A stretch of 64,000 nucleotides of DNA. It comes from an uncultured Acidobacteriaceae bacterium (lineage in GTDB: Bacteria; Acidobacteriota; Terriglobia; Terriglobales; Acidobacteriaceae). Below the pieces are notes generated by a model, which saw only the letters and a program-made list of their open reading frames with translations, was not told where the DNA came from and made no database searches. The DNA lies in assembly GCA_963712035.1 (NCBI GenBank), contig CAVQGL010000004.1:458-64457 (forward strand). Direction: 5' to 3'. Of this stretch, positions 52,297-62,672 are shown one piece after another. A program made the position numbers and the translations under genes. Positions within the stretch are counted from its first letter, which is position 1. Each line of letters starts with the position of its first letter.

Positions 52297-53457
52297 TTAG
52301 TCCTCACTCATCTCAGATTGCCTGCGCATCAACTCGCCACGGCACTCGTAAACCTTGCTGACCGCGTTCACGATATCATCCATATCGTTTTCATCGCCGA
52401 GGAACTGGCGGTGCTCGAGCCACACCGCCTCGCGACATGCTTGCTCTACGTTCGGACAGAGATCGGCAAAAGTGCCGTAGTCCAGAGTTTGATTTGATCG
52501 TCCCCGCTCAATCGGCAGACGTCGCGGAAAAAAATTCTGCTTCAAGAACATGGGATTCTTGTAGAGAGGATGTGCGTAACCCGAAGAACACGGAATTCCT
52601 TCTTGCTCTAAAGCTCGCAGAAAATCAGAGCGAGAAATGCCGAACTCCTTCTCCAAAAAACGGAAAATGAAAATGTGATACGAGTGTCTGGTCACATAAG
52701 GCGGAGTTTTCAGCACGCCAATTCCTGGAATCTTCGCTAACCGTGCATTCAGGTAGGAAGCATTCCGTTCGCGCTTCGCGTTCTGTTCTGGCAGGCGTTG
52801 TAGTTGTTGCAGAAGAATCGCACTCTGAAATTCTGTCATTCGGTAATTCCAGCCTAGCCGGTGGTGCTCGTACCAGGGCTGCCCAAGTTCGCGCCCGCCC
52901 CAGATGTATGACTCACACAGTTCAGCCACCGACTGACCATCGGTAACGATGATTCCGCCTTCTCCGGCGGTCATGTTTTTTGACACTTGAAAACTGAAGG
53001 TCCCTACATCGCCGATGGTGCCCAATCCTTTTCCGTTCCACGTGGCTCCGTGCGCGTGCGCCGCATCTTCCAACACCACCAGTCCATGTTGCCGCGCGAT
53101 CGTCCGAATCGCCCCCATATCCGCGGCTTGTCCCGCAAAATGGACCGGGATAATGGCTTTGGTTCGATCCGTAATCGCTTGCTCGATTCCGCGCGGATCG
53201 AGATTAAAAGTGTCGTACTCGATATCTACGAAGGTGGGAATGGCATTCACCATCAACACCGCGCTGGCTGTGGCAATGAAACTGTAAGCCGGCACGATGA
53301 CTTCGTCTCCGGTACCAACCCCTAGAGCTTTGAGCGCGACTTCCAGCGCTCCCGTCCCATTTGCGCAGGCGATGCCAACCTCTTGCAGTTCGGCGGCGGA
53401 CCATACATTTGAGTGCTAAAGCCTTATAATCTCAATGGCTTCAGGTGAGTCGCTCAC
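52297..53457 (-). pseudogene. DegT/DnrJ/EryC1/StrS-type aminotransferase with in-frame TAG at codon 14
   Basis: The frame is continuous from GTG 53455-53457 (which overlaps the upstream stop as GTGA) to 52297. It reads VSDSPEAIEIIRL-stop-HSNVWSAAELQEVGIACANGTGALEVAL...FSFQVSKNMTAGEGG. The TAG is at 53416-53418. Confidence 0.75.
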
Positions 53458-56417
53458 CTTGGGGCCCGAACACAAGTGATTACCACCGGGTAATCACGCA
53501 CGATCAAGCCCTCTATTGTCAAGTTTTCGCCGACATAGGACCACACGGCTGGCTGGGATACTCCCCAGTAGAGATCTGTGAGTATGACCTCCTTGGGCCG
53601 GACGGGTAGCTTGAACGAGAGTTTGCTCGGGTAGGACCGCACCTCCTCCGTGTTCATCTCCGCGGCCCAGGCGAGCACGAGAGTGTCACCGCTTCCATCC
53701 TTGGTATAGCTGATCACTTTCGGTTGGGGCGCCGCGCCCTCGTATTTGTAATCGAGCGAGCGGACGGGTTCGACATCACTGACTACACTGCTGATGTTCT
53801 GCAGCGCATACGACGACGGCCGGAAGCTGTAATCGCGCTGGTCAATCACTCCCCAGTCCTGGCTTTTGTTCAGGTTGAACAGCGCCCACCAGGCGGCAGG
53901 AATATTGAGCCAGCCGCTATAGATGTAGAACCGCATCAAGTATTTCGTGGAACCGTACTCGCCGAGGTGGGGATTGTAGGCAAAGTCCAGGCCGGTCACG
54001 TTTGTGCCCCACTCGTCCAGCCACAACGCAACGTCAGACCGGCCGTGCTGGACAAACGGCTTCTTGGCCCCGGTGATCACATCTTCCAGGTGTTTCCATC
54101 CGGTCTGCTCGGGGGACTGACTGAGACTTTTGCCGCGATAAAATTCCATCGTTCCCATACCGCCTTCGGGCATGTTGATGCCGTAGGGGTGAAAGGCAAA
54201 AGCGTCCACGTAGGGCGCTCCGCCTTCGCGCAGCGACATTTCTGTGGTAATGGGAGCAGGAGCAGCAGTGCCGCCGAACATGACTTTCAGGTCGGGATTG
54301 ATCGACTTGATGTGTTGCCCAACGTCGCGCAGAAGCTTCCCGTAAAGTTCCGGTTCGAAGCCGGGATACCAACCGTTCTCCTCGTTCCAAAGTTCCCACC
54401 ACTTGATGCGATCGCCGTATTTGCGAACCACGAAGTCCACATAGGCTACGAATGCCTGCCTGCCCTCGGCGGTGCGCGGACCGGGGTTCTTGTAGAAGGG
54501 GTGGCCCTCGGTGTAGATAGGTCCGAGGTCGATGTAGGGCTTAGCGGGAGACTCGTAGAGTGCGTTGCCGTAGTTCAGGGTGTAGAGAATGTCCACGCCA
54601 TTGTCAAGGAGCTGATGAATTCCCGCGTCGGTTTTAGGATCGATCTGGAACTTGCCCTTTTCCCGCTCGACGGCGTCCCACTCGGTCTGGTCTCCCCACT
54701 GCCCGATGCGGACCCACTTGACGCCGAGATCCGTTATGCGCCCAAACGATTCATTCGCGGTCTTTGCGGTATCTTGCCAGCCGGTGAAGTAGTCGCTGGC
54801 TTGTGCGCTCGCGCCCTGATCGAGCAGCGCGACATTTTCCCCACGTTCGTTCAAGACCTCAATGCCCGAGAGCCGGGCCTTATAGCCCTGTGAGACTTCC
54901 GCATAGTTTCCGCCGGAAAGGGGCAGGCGCTGAAACTCGATCCTGAGATAGCGCGCCTTTGGCAGACGGCGAACCGGAAACGTCTGTACATATTTGTCGC
55001 CACGCCGGGGGCACGCAACAGAGAACTGGTAGTTATCTTCGCGGAGGACCGTGTGCCACTTTTTGTTGTCCACGCTGCTTTGGACGGTGAAACCAATAGG
55101 AAAATCGGTATTGTGCCAATAGGGCACCAGGTTCACTTCCGTGACGGTTCGTTCCCGGCCCAGATCGAGCTCCACGAAAGGCGGCACGCCGGGATAGGAG
55201 GATGCGTTCTGCTGGCTCGACCAGCAGGTTTCAGGGTTGTTATCAATCAAGTGCGAGGGATTGAAAGGATCTTCGTAATCCCTGGATCGTGGGAGGTGGG
55301 TATTGATGCCGTACGGGCTGTGCTTAATCTCAGATGATTTCAGGTGCTTGATCGCAGTAAGAGGGGCGGGATTGTTCTGTTGCAGGGTACCGGGCCTTGC
55401 TAAGAGCCGCCAATAGCCAGCTGCGTCGGTGATCAACTCCTGCCGGGTGTAGCTGGCGTTGCGGGGGATGACCAGGATCTTATACGACAATTCTCCCTTG
55501 GCCGCGCTCCCCAACGAACCGATCGACGCCTCGACCTTCAGTTCCGCCGACCCTTCTTTGTCAGCCCTGATGTTCCAATCCAGGCGTCGGTACGAACCGG
55601 GAGCTATCGCCGGAATTTTCTGTTCCGCCGCATAGGGGGCAAAATTTGTAGGAGCTTTCAGCTCCACTCGAACGTCTTTCGCTTCGACCTCACCGGGATT
55701 CTCGATAAACGCGCTCAGCCGGACAGTGTCTCCGGCGTGGGCAAGGGGCAGGTTGGACCAAAGATGTTGTACTTTTATTTCGGGCCCCACATGATTGGAA
55801 AACACCTCAACCGCACTGATCAACCACTCGCCTTCACCCTTGTTGATATCCGCGCCGTTAACGGTGGCGCTGACCTGGCAATAACGCGATTGGGTGGAGT
55901 CGAAATCGAAATCAATCGTTCCCTCGTGCCATTGGCCGTCCGCCAGGGATTGCTTCGGCGGAGAATAGGAGCGCCGCGCTACCTCCTCTCCTTGGGGTCG
56001 CTTGAGAGCAATGATGGAGAACGCCAGGTTCGGACCATCAACAGTGGACCGCACCGCTTTGTAGTGAAAACGGACACTACCGCGGCGAACCGAAATGACC
56101 GCGCTGGTCATCCCAACAATTTGCTCGGCATTCGCTTTCAGGTGCAGAGAGTGTCCGCTGGTGAATGCCTCGTCGGAAACTTCGATGAGGCCGCCGGAAC
56201 GATTGCCGATCTCAAACCATTGCTGTCGGAGTGAGCGGCCAGCCGCCTCTTGCAGCTGTTCAAAATCACAATTCATGCAGAGATTCTTTGCACGGTTGGT
56301 GTTGTCTGCGTCCTTTGAGGCTTGGGTTTTATCTGTCTGTGCGATTGCCGATCCGCTGACCAAAGCGCCGTTGAGTGCAAGCCAAATGCTGACTAATGCA
56401 ATACACGTCCGTCGCAT
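53454..56417 (-). CDS. Large secreted multidomain glycoside-hydrolase-like protein (CBM-like, CARDB-like and F5/8 type C domains plus TIM-barrel with WELWNE motif)
   Basis: Signal peptide MRRTCIALVSIWLALNGALVSGSAIA. Discoidin-like LIDNNPETCWSS...FVELDLG...VNLVPYW. Catalytic-barrel-like GVKWVRIGQW...IKWWELWNEENGW. The GH family is not assignable by eye. Confidence 0.7.
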   Translation of the reverse strand: MRRTCIALVSIWLALNGALVSGSAIAQTDKTQASKDADNTNRAKNLCMNCDFEQLQEAAGRSLRQQWFEIGNRSGGLIEVSDEAFTSGHSLHLKANAEQIVGMTSAVISVRRGSVRFHYKAVRSTVDGPNLAFSIIALKRPQGEEVARRSYSPPKQSLADGQWHEGTIDFDFDSTQSRYCQVSATVNGADINKGEGEWLISAVEVFSNHVGPEIKVQHLWSNLPLAHAGDTVRLSAFIENPGEVEAKDVRVELKAPTNFAPYAAEQKIPAIAPGSYRRLDWNIRADKEGSAELKVEASIGSLGSAAKGELSYKILVIPRNASYTRQELITDAAGYWRLLARPGTLQQNNPAPLTAIKHLKSSEIKHSPYGINTHLPRSRDYEDPFNPSHLIDNNPETCWSSQQNASSYPGVPPFVELDLGRERTVTEVNLVPYWHNTDFPIGFTVQSSVDNKKWHTVLREDNYQFSVACPRRGDKYVQTFPVRRLPKARYLRIEFQRLPLSGGNYAEVSQGYKARLSGIEVLNERGENVALLDQGASAQASDYFTGWQDTAKTANESFGRITDLGVKWVRIGQWGDQTEWDAVEREKGKFQIDPKTDAGIHQLLDNGVDILYTLNYGNALYESPAKPYIDLGPIYTEGHPFYKNPGPRTAEGRQAFVAYVDFVVRKYGDRIKWWELWNEENGWYPGFEPELYGKLLRDVGQHIKSINPDLKVMFGGTAAPAPITTEMSLREGGAPYVDAFAFHPYGINMPEGGMGTMEFYRGKSLSQSPEQTGWKHLEDVITGAKKPFVQHGRSDVALWLDEWGTNVTGLDFAYNPHLGEYGSTKYLMRFYIYSGWLNIPAAWWALFNLNKSQDWGVIDQRDYSFRPSSYALQNISSVVSDVEPVRSLDYKYEGAAPQPKVISYTKDGSGDTLVLAWAAEMNTEEVRSYPSKLSFKLPVRPKEVILTDLYWGVSQPAVWSYVGENLTIEGLIVRDYPVVITCVRAPR

Positions 56418-56803
56418 TGCAGTCTCCCCACATTCGTGATCGTTCTATGCCATGTAAATTACATCTTGCGCGGCCAGCATAGGCAAAATGGTTTTATGAC
56501 CCCGGCAACCACGCGAACCCGACTGGAAATCCTTTCACGGACGCCCAGTTCCATGATTTTGACGTAGGTGTGATGATCACGAATAAGGAGCAAGGATGTC
56601 CGTGCGCGCAGTCACACTGCGAGTTGCAACTGGCCGAACGGGAAATTGACTGACCTGCGGTACTGGGTCAGTTTCAATTTCCACAAGCAAGGCTATGCTA
56701 AAGCGGGCGGTAGGGAATGAAGCCCCCGAAACCCGCTCACAGCTATTGGGACGTAGAAGATCGCCTCCGAGTCTCAAAAGGTAAGCCCGTAGTGAGAAGA
56801 CCC

Positions 56804-57597
56804 ATGACCCTGTGCCTAGCCGCAAGCTGTGAGGATCAAGACAGACGAGAGCCCTGCATCGTGGTGTCGTCTGATTGGAAAGCGGAAGTTGGCGACGTGG
56901 CGGGGCTGAAATTCAAAACAAGTTGTATTGGCTGTTCGATGAGTCGTGGCCGACCCAGATTGCTTGTTACAGAACTCACTTCAATCCCAAAGGGGTAACT
57001 AAGGCGAACATTGGCTATCGTCTTCGCGCAGCAGCTTTGAAACGTAAAGCGGAAATCTCCGATGAGTATGTCCAAGCTAGACTTGGCGTTAACTATGAAT
57101 ATTTCAGGAAGCACAAAACTGAGATAGACCCGACTGTGTGGAGCGGCATCTGAAACGATATAAAGAAAATTACACTGGATTGCCAATTGATTCTCTGCAC
57201 TTTCGCGAACGGCGCTCCACTTATGTGTCAGGTCGAAGAAGACGCCAAAACGTGGAGAGACAACAATTTCTTAGCAATTGGAAGCGGGAGCACGGTAGCC
57301 AACTCTCTTTTGTGCTTCCGTCAACAGGATGAGGAAACATCCCTCATTCATACTCTGTATAACGTGTACGAAGCAACGCGATTCGCGTATAAGGCGCAGG
57401 TTCCTGGCGTTGGAAGGCATCATGCATTTTCTGTCCTCTATGCGGGAAAGAGAGGGAAGATAGAGTCTCATTATGTACGAACGAAAGGTACCAATCTACT
57501 GAAATTGTGGTACGAGCAGTATGGTCCCAAAGATACGCCAGACACCTTAGAAGTACCCGACAAAGTTTTCAAGCGCTATCGCTCTGGTCGGACCTAG
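56804..57597 (+). pseudogene. Proteasome-type (T1 family, HslV/beta-subunit-like) Ntn hydrolase homologue; one frameshift plus an in-frame TGA; start may be 56717
   Basis: Met-Thr start (MTLCLAAS...CIVVSSDWKAEVGDV), then AEIQNKLYWLFDESWPTQIA in another frame. TGA at 57151-57153. Then LILCTFANGAPLMCQVEED...NFLAIGSGSTVANSLL, spaced as in the G-S-G loop of proteasome subunits. Local GC is about 47%. Confidence 0.45.
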
Positions 57598-57715
57598 CCT
57601 AACGCCCTCAAGGTAAGATTCTTTTCGATCTGCGAAGCATGAACGGTTGGTTCCGGCAGCAACCTCGCGATGTTACGCCACTTGGCTATCGCAGCGAATC
57701 GCTCGGTCCCTATCT

Positions 57716-60110
57716 CTATCGGAGCCCTGCAGATAAGGTGCGTTGCACAGAATCGCCTCGGAGTCTCGTGGAAACTTCGTCCACTGTTAGAGGTTTGCTG
57801 AAGTAGTAGCCTTGAATCTCGTCACACTGATGGGACCGCAGGAACGACATTTGCGCTTCGTCTTCAACGCCTTCGGCAATCACCTTGAGATTCAGGCTTT
57901 TCGCCATGCTGATAATTGCGCTGTAATCGCGGCATCATCAGCCTTGACAGCGACCTCCGTGATAAACGAGCGGTCGATCTTGAGCTTACTGGATCGAAAC
58001 TGCTTCAAATAGCTGAAACTGGAATATCCAGTGCCGAAGTCGTCAATCGCTAGCTTCAGCCCTATGGCCCTAGTTCCTGGACAACGGATAACACCAGATC
58101 CGCGTTGGCGAGGAGCAGGCTCTCTGTTAGTTCCAGTTCAAGGTATTGCGGGGCAAGACCAGTCTCGTGGAGGATCTTTCTGACCAGTTCACAGAAACCT
58201 TTTTGGCGAATTTGGACCGCCGATACATTTACGGCTACCGAAACGGCGGGAAGCCCTTCGACTTGCCATTTCTTGGCCTGACGGCAGGCCGTGGTCAACA
58301 CCCATTCACCGATTGGCAGGATCATGCCGCTATTCTCTGCGATTCGGATGAACTTGTCGGGTGGCACGAGTCCGAATTCCGGGTGTTGCCAGCGCAGAAG
58401 GGCTTCCAGTCCGACAATCCGTCCAGTGGCAATCTCCATCTGCGGTTGGTACATGAGAAAGAGCTGATTCTTGTCGAGGGCCAGTCGCAAGCTACTCTCC
58501 AAGGTTAGGCGCTCCGCCGCCTGGGTGTTCATGTTCTCGGTGAAGAACGTAAAGTTATTACGTCCAGAATCTTTAGCGCAGTACATGGCCGAATCGGCAT
58601 GCATGATCAAGGTTTCGGGATCGGCGCCGTGGTCCGGGAAAATGCTGATCCCCAGACTGCAGCCAACACTGATCGAGCGATCCTGAACGACGAAGCTAGG
58701 GGTCATCGTGTCCATTAAGCGCTCAGCGGCGACTGCCGCGTCGGGGATATCCTTTACGTCAGTCAACACAAGGAGGAATTCGTCCCCGCCTATGCGCGCT
58801 ACGGTGTCTTGTTCGCGCCCCCATTTCTTGAGTCGTTCTGCAACGCCCTGCAGGAAGAGGTCGCCCACGGCGTGCCCGAGCGAGTCGTTGATGTTCTTGA
58901 ACTGGTCGAGATCGAGGAAAAGAAGGGCAACCTTGCCTTGGTGCCGGCGGGCACGGGCGAGTGCTTTCGACAATCGATCCTTGAGAAGGGTCCGATTAGG
59001 TAGTCCTGTCAGAGCATCGTAGTAAGCCAGGAATTGGACCCGTTCCTCGGCAAGTTTGCGCTCTGTGATGTCCTCAAGCGTTCCTTCGTAAAGCAGGTTC
59101 TTGCCGTCGGAGTCACGGACCGCCCGCATATTTGCCAAAACCCACTTTCTTGTGCGATCTCTGCAATGAACTTCCACCTCTACACTTCGTATCACACCGT
59201 TCTCGTCAAGCACGCGCTTCAATTCATCGATCTGACGGGGGTCGACAAACAGCTCACAAACCAGGTTCTCGACCTCCCCCATGAAGTGTTCCGGGGAGTC
59301 ATAGCCATGTATTTGCGCCAAAGCGCGGTTGATGTTTAGAGGACGACCTTCAGGTGTCATTTGAAAAATTCCTACAACAGCATCTTCGAAGATGGCACGG
59401 TATTTCTCTTCCGCTTTCCGAAGTGCCGCATTGTGTAGCGACAGTTCCTCGGCCCGCTTCCGCTCGGTGATGTCGCGGTTCACAATTACGAGCTTTTCGG
59501 TCTGACCTCTTGCGTCTAGGATCGCACACGCGGTCGACTCCAAAGTATGCCAGGAACCGTCTTTGTGACGCATCCGGTATTCCACACGCTCGCCCCGGCC
59601 GCTCTGGCGGGCTTTTTCCGCTGCATTCAATACTTGTGGGCGATCGTCTGGATGAATTTGCTCGATTGACGAAGTCGCTCTTAACTCGTCGGGAGAATAC
59701 CCAAGGAGCTTTTGATAAGCGGGGCTGTTGTAGAGTCGGCGGTTATCGCCGTCAACTAGGGCGATCATGTCAACGGTGTTCTCGCTGATGATCTTGAATA
59801 GCTGATCTCGCTCAACCAGCCGATGTCGAATGCGCTGAAATAACGAGTGTTGATGAATCGCGTATAAGTTGAAAAGTAATACGAGCGCGGCAAGCGTGCG
59901 GATCCATTCTCGGAGGTTAAACCAGTAAGCAGGGTTTGTTGGCTGATCAAGCCACGGAACAGTAAAGGACACGATCAGCAGGGTCAATGTCAGGGTTAGG
60001 CAAACGGCGAACGCCCACGGCCACGACTCACGACCCCCGGCCTGCCTCACTTCAACCGGAATCGCCTCGGGTTTATTCTGGCGCACTCCTTCGAGCGGTT
60101 CGTGATTCAT
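57716..60110 (-). pseudogene. Membrane PAS-PAS-GGDEF-EAL signalling protein, two frameshifts inside the EAL domain
   Basis: N-terminal TM helices, two PAS/PAC modules, RIGGDEFLLVL, EAL start QPQMEIATGRIVGLEALLRW. The frame then changes near 58070 ([19 protein letters not shown]) and near 57925 ([20 protein letters not shown]...QGYYFSKP). Confidence 0.85.
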
Positions 60111-61055
60111 GGTCGGTTGAGTATTTCCCTGGCAACTTACGGGATTCTAGCCTGCCGAAGTAACGCGAGAAGAGTTACGAAAGTTAGGCCATCCTTGTGC
60201 GAGTGCCCAGGGAAGGAAGCGTAAGCATTACGGACGAGTGACCGTCCCTTTCGCGTGCTTTGCAAGATGGCCGTTGAGGCCAAGCAGCGAATTGACGCGA
60301 TTCGCCGGCAGATTCGAGCCTTAGAAGAAAACAAATGAGCCATCGGTTCATTTCAGACTGGGCGAGGCTGATGGCTGAACTATGGCCGTTTTTTCTCTTA
60401 TGGGGCCAACTGACAAAAAAGAAGGGCAAGCCCAGAGCGGGCCTAGCCGAAAGAACTACAAAAATGAAGCGGTCGTGAGAGTCGAATGCCGGCTACCCGA
60501 CGCTAACCCATGACCGCATTCTAGCAGGCGCTCCGAACCATAACCGGTCTTGCAGCCACCGAGTCTGCGGCCAGCTACTCAGCGCCTATGCGTCCATGGG
60601 TGAGGGCCTTTAGGTGTTCATGGCGAGTACAATTTCGTCGAAGGGGTCGCACTTGGTTTCGACTATCACGGCCCGGCAGGGCCGAATCGTTTGGTTCGGA
60701 CTACCTGGCAAGTTATCCGTTAATTGTTAAGGCTCTTCTTTTGAGACTCTTCTCTTCTGTGTTTTACTCGGGTGACGCAGCTACCACTGCATTCGTGACA
60801 TTGTGGGGCGGTGTCGCCCTGAAAAACGAAGAGCGAGACATTGCGGAATGGACACTCAAGAACGCGCCCGGTATCCCGAGGAAACTCGCTTCCTGCTTCG
60901 CATGGCATGTCACGAATGAGCCGTGAGTTGCGGTTGAAACATCCCGATTACCCTCATCTCCCCTCGGTAGGAAGTAAGCCTCTGTCTTGTGCGCTCCGCC
61001 CCACTCTCGACAGAGTTGACCTCCCGGAGGACACCGCTTCCTGCGTTTCTTGCCG

Positions 61056-61361
61056 TCACACCACCTTGCTGTCGTGCATCACCAACGTCGCGCCCCCGGA
61101 TGCGAAGTTCGACAAATCAGCCGCGGCAGCCTGGCCTTCGGGAGAACCCAGTGCCGCACTCAGGTTAGCCATAGAGTCGAAGTTCAAGGTCGCGATCAGA
61201 TGCGGCGCGGTCCCTGCGACAGCCTGCACCGGGCCACCGCTGATCAAATACGAACGCAGACCCGGTATCTTCCGGGCCAGAGGAATGTGTGTCTGGTGAT
61301 AATAGCGATCGAAGGCGGCGGGATCCGCTGGAGTGTTGTAGAGAACGAGCAGTTGAGCCAT
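61056..61361 (-). CDS. EthD family protein
   Basis: 101 aa. MAQLLVLYNTPADPAAFDRYYHQTHIPLARKIPGLRSY is typical of the EthD/TIGR02118 family. Confidence 0.8.
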   Translation of the reverse strand: MAQLLVLYNTPADPAAFDRYYHQTHIPLARKIPGLRSYLISGGPVQAVAGTAPHLIATLNFDSMANLSAALGSPEGQAAAADLSNFASGGATLVMHDSKVV

Positions 61362-61383
61362 AGAGCTTGCATGTTATCTGGTC

Positions 61384-62672
61384 CTAGCAGGCTGCTGAAA
61401 AACTACTCCTCTTCCACAAGCCAATCGTGTTAAGAGTAAAGCATGCGAGGCGTAGATCATCAGCAGAGTCAGATGTTCAGTTATTTGTCGCCGGAAACGC
61501 GTGTGCGGAAAGATCATCCGCTGCGGGTGATCCGGGCATGGTGGACGAAGTACTTGTCCAGTTGTCGCGACGGTTCGACAGCATGTACGCCAGCGCGGGT
61601 CGGCCCTCGATTCCTCCGGAGAAGCTGTTGCGGGCGCAGTTGCTGCAGATGCTGTATTCGATTCGCAGCGAGCGGTTGCTGATGGAGGAGATCGATTACA
61701 GTCTGCTGTTTCGCTGGTTTGTGGGATTGAACTTGGACGAAGAGGTGTGGGACGCGACCAGCTTCACCAAGAATCGGGACCGGTTGCTGGAGGCCGAGGT
61801 GGCGAAAGAGTTTCTGGCGCAAGTGGTGGCGCGAGCGCGAGGCAAAGGCCTGACTTCGGACGAGCACTTCACCGTAGATGGGACTTTGCTGGAAGCCTGG
61901 GCGGGGGCGAAGAGCTTTCAGCGTAAAGACGGTAAGACTCCGCCTCCACCGGACGATCCCGGCAACCCGACGGTAAACTTTCATGGCGAGAAGCGGTGCA
62001 ATCAGACCCACGAATCGACGACCGATCCCTACGCCAAGCTGGCGCGCAAAGGCGCGGGCAAGGAGGCCAAGTTGAGTTACAGCGGGAATCTGCTGGTGGA
62101 AAACCGGAACGGATTGATCGTGCATGCGGAAGTGTTCGAGGCCAATGGGACGGCGGAACGCGATGCGGCGTTGGTGATGCTGGAGCAGATTCCGGGTACG
62201 GAGCTGGTAACGGCGGGCGGAGACAAGGGCTATGACACGGCGGATTTCGTGGCCGAGTGCCGTCATCATGGGGTCACGCCGCATGTGGCGCAGAATGATG
62301 GGCGGCAGGGTGGCAGCGCCATCGACGCACGGACCACGCGGCACGCGGGTTATGCCATCAGTCAACAAAAGAGGAAGCGCATCGAAGAATGTTTTGGGTG
62401 GCTGAAGACGATTGCACTGTTGCGGAAAGTGCGTCATCGCGGAATCTTCAAGGTGGACTGGGTATTTACGTTCGCCCGTGCCGCTTACAACCTGGTGCGT
62501 ATGCGGAATTTGACCCGAGCAGTGGTTCAACCCGGTGAAGTCGCGGGACCGCTCACATCACCCGGGCTCGGACCAAGCTTTCCCGCATAGCCTAAGGTCT
62601 CCCACACATTAAAGAGGTACCGAGACAGACCAGAAATACATCGTGCACATCAATTTTTCAGCGGCCTGCTAG
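61384..62672 (+). mobile_element. IS5/IS1182-like insertion sequence with CTAG target-site duplication
   Basis: Left end CTAG-CAGGCTGCTGAAAAA (61384-61402). Right end TTTTTCAGCGGCCTG-CTAG (62654-62672). The terminal inverted repeats match at 14 of 15 positions and are flanked by a direct CTAG. Confidence 0.8.
61443..62590 (+). pseudogene. DDE transposase (InsH-N/DUF772-like N-terminus + DDE_Tnp_1 core), one frameshift near codon 32
   Basis: MRGVDHQQSQMFSYLSPETRVRKDHPLRVIRA is in frame 3. MVDEVLVQLSRRFDSMYASAGRPSIPPEKLLRAQLLQMLYSIRSERLLMEEIDYSLLFRWFVGL...GDKGYD... follows in frame 2. The shift is at about 61535-61545. Confidence 0.8.

Noticed and set aside
57151-57153. In-frame TGA of the proteasome-like gene as selenocysteine or programmed readthrough
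   Set aside because: No SECIS-like hairpin follows immediately downstream. The gene also carries a frameshift, so a simple lesion or sequencing error is more likely.
60521-60532. Possible solo inverted repeat of the IS (CTAGCAGGCGCT)
   Set aside because: Only 9 contiguous matching bases, and a 9-mer match is expected by chance at about this window size.
61443-61545. Programmed ribosomal frameshift in the IS transposase
   Set aside because: The shift occurs at about codon 32, inside the conserved N-terminal domain, with no slippery heptamer. It behaves like a simple 1-nt deletion.
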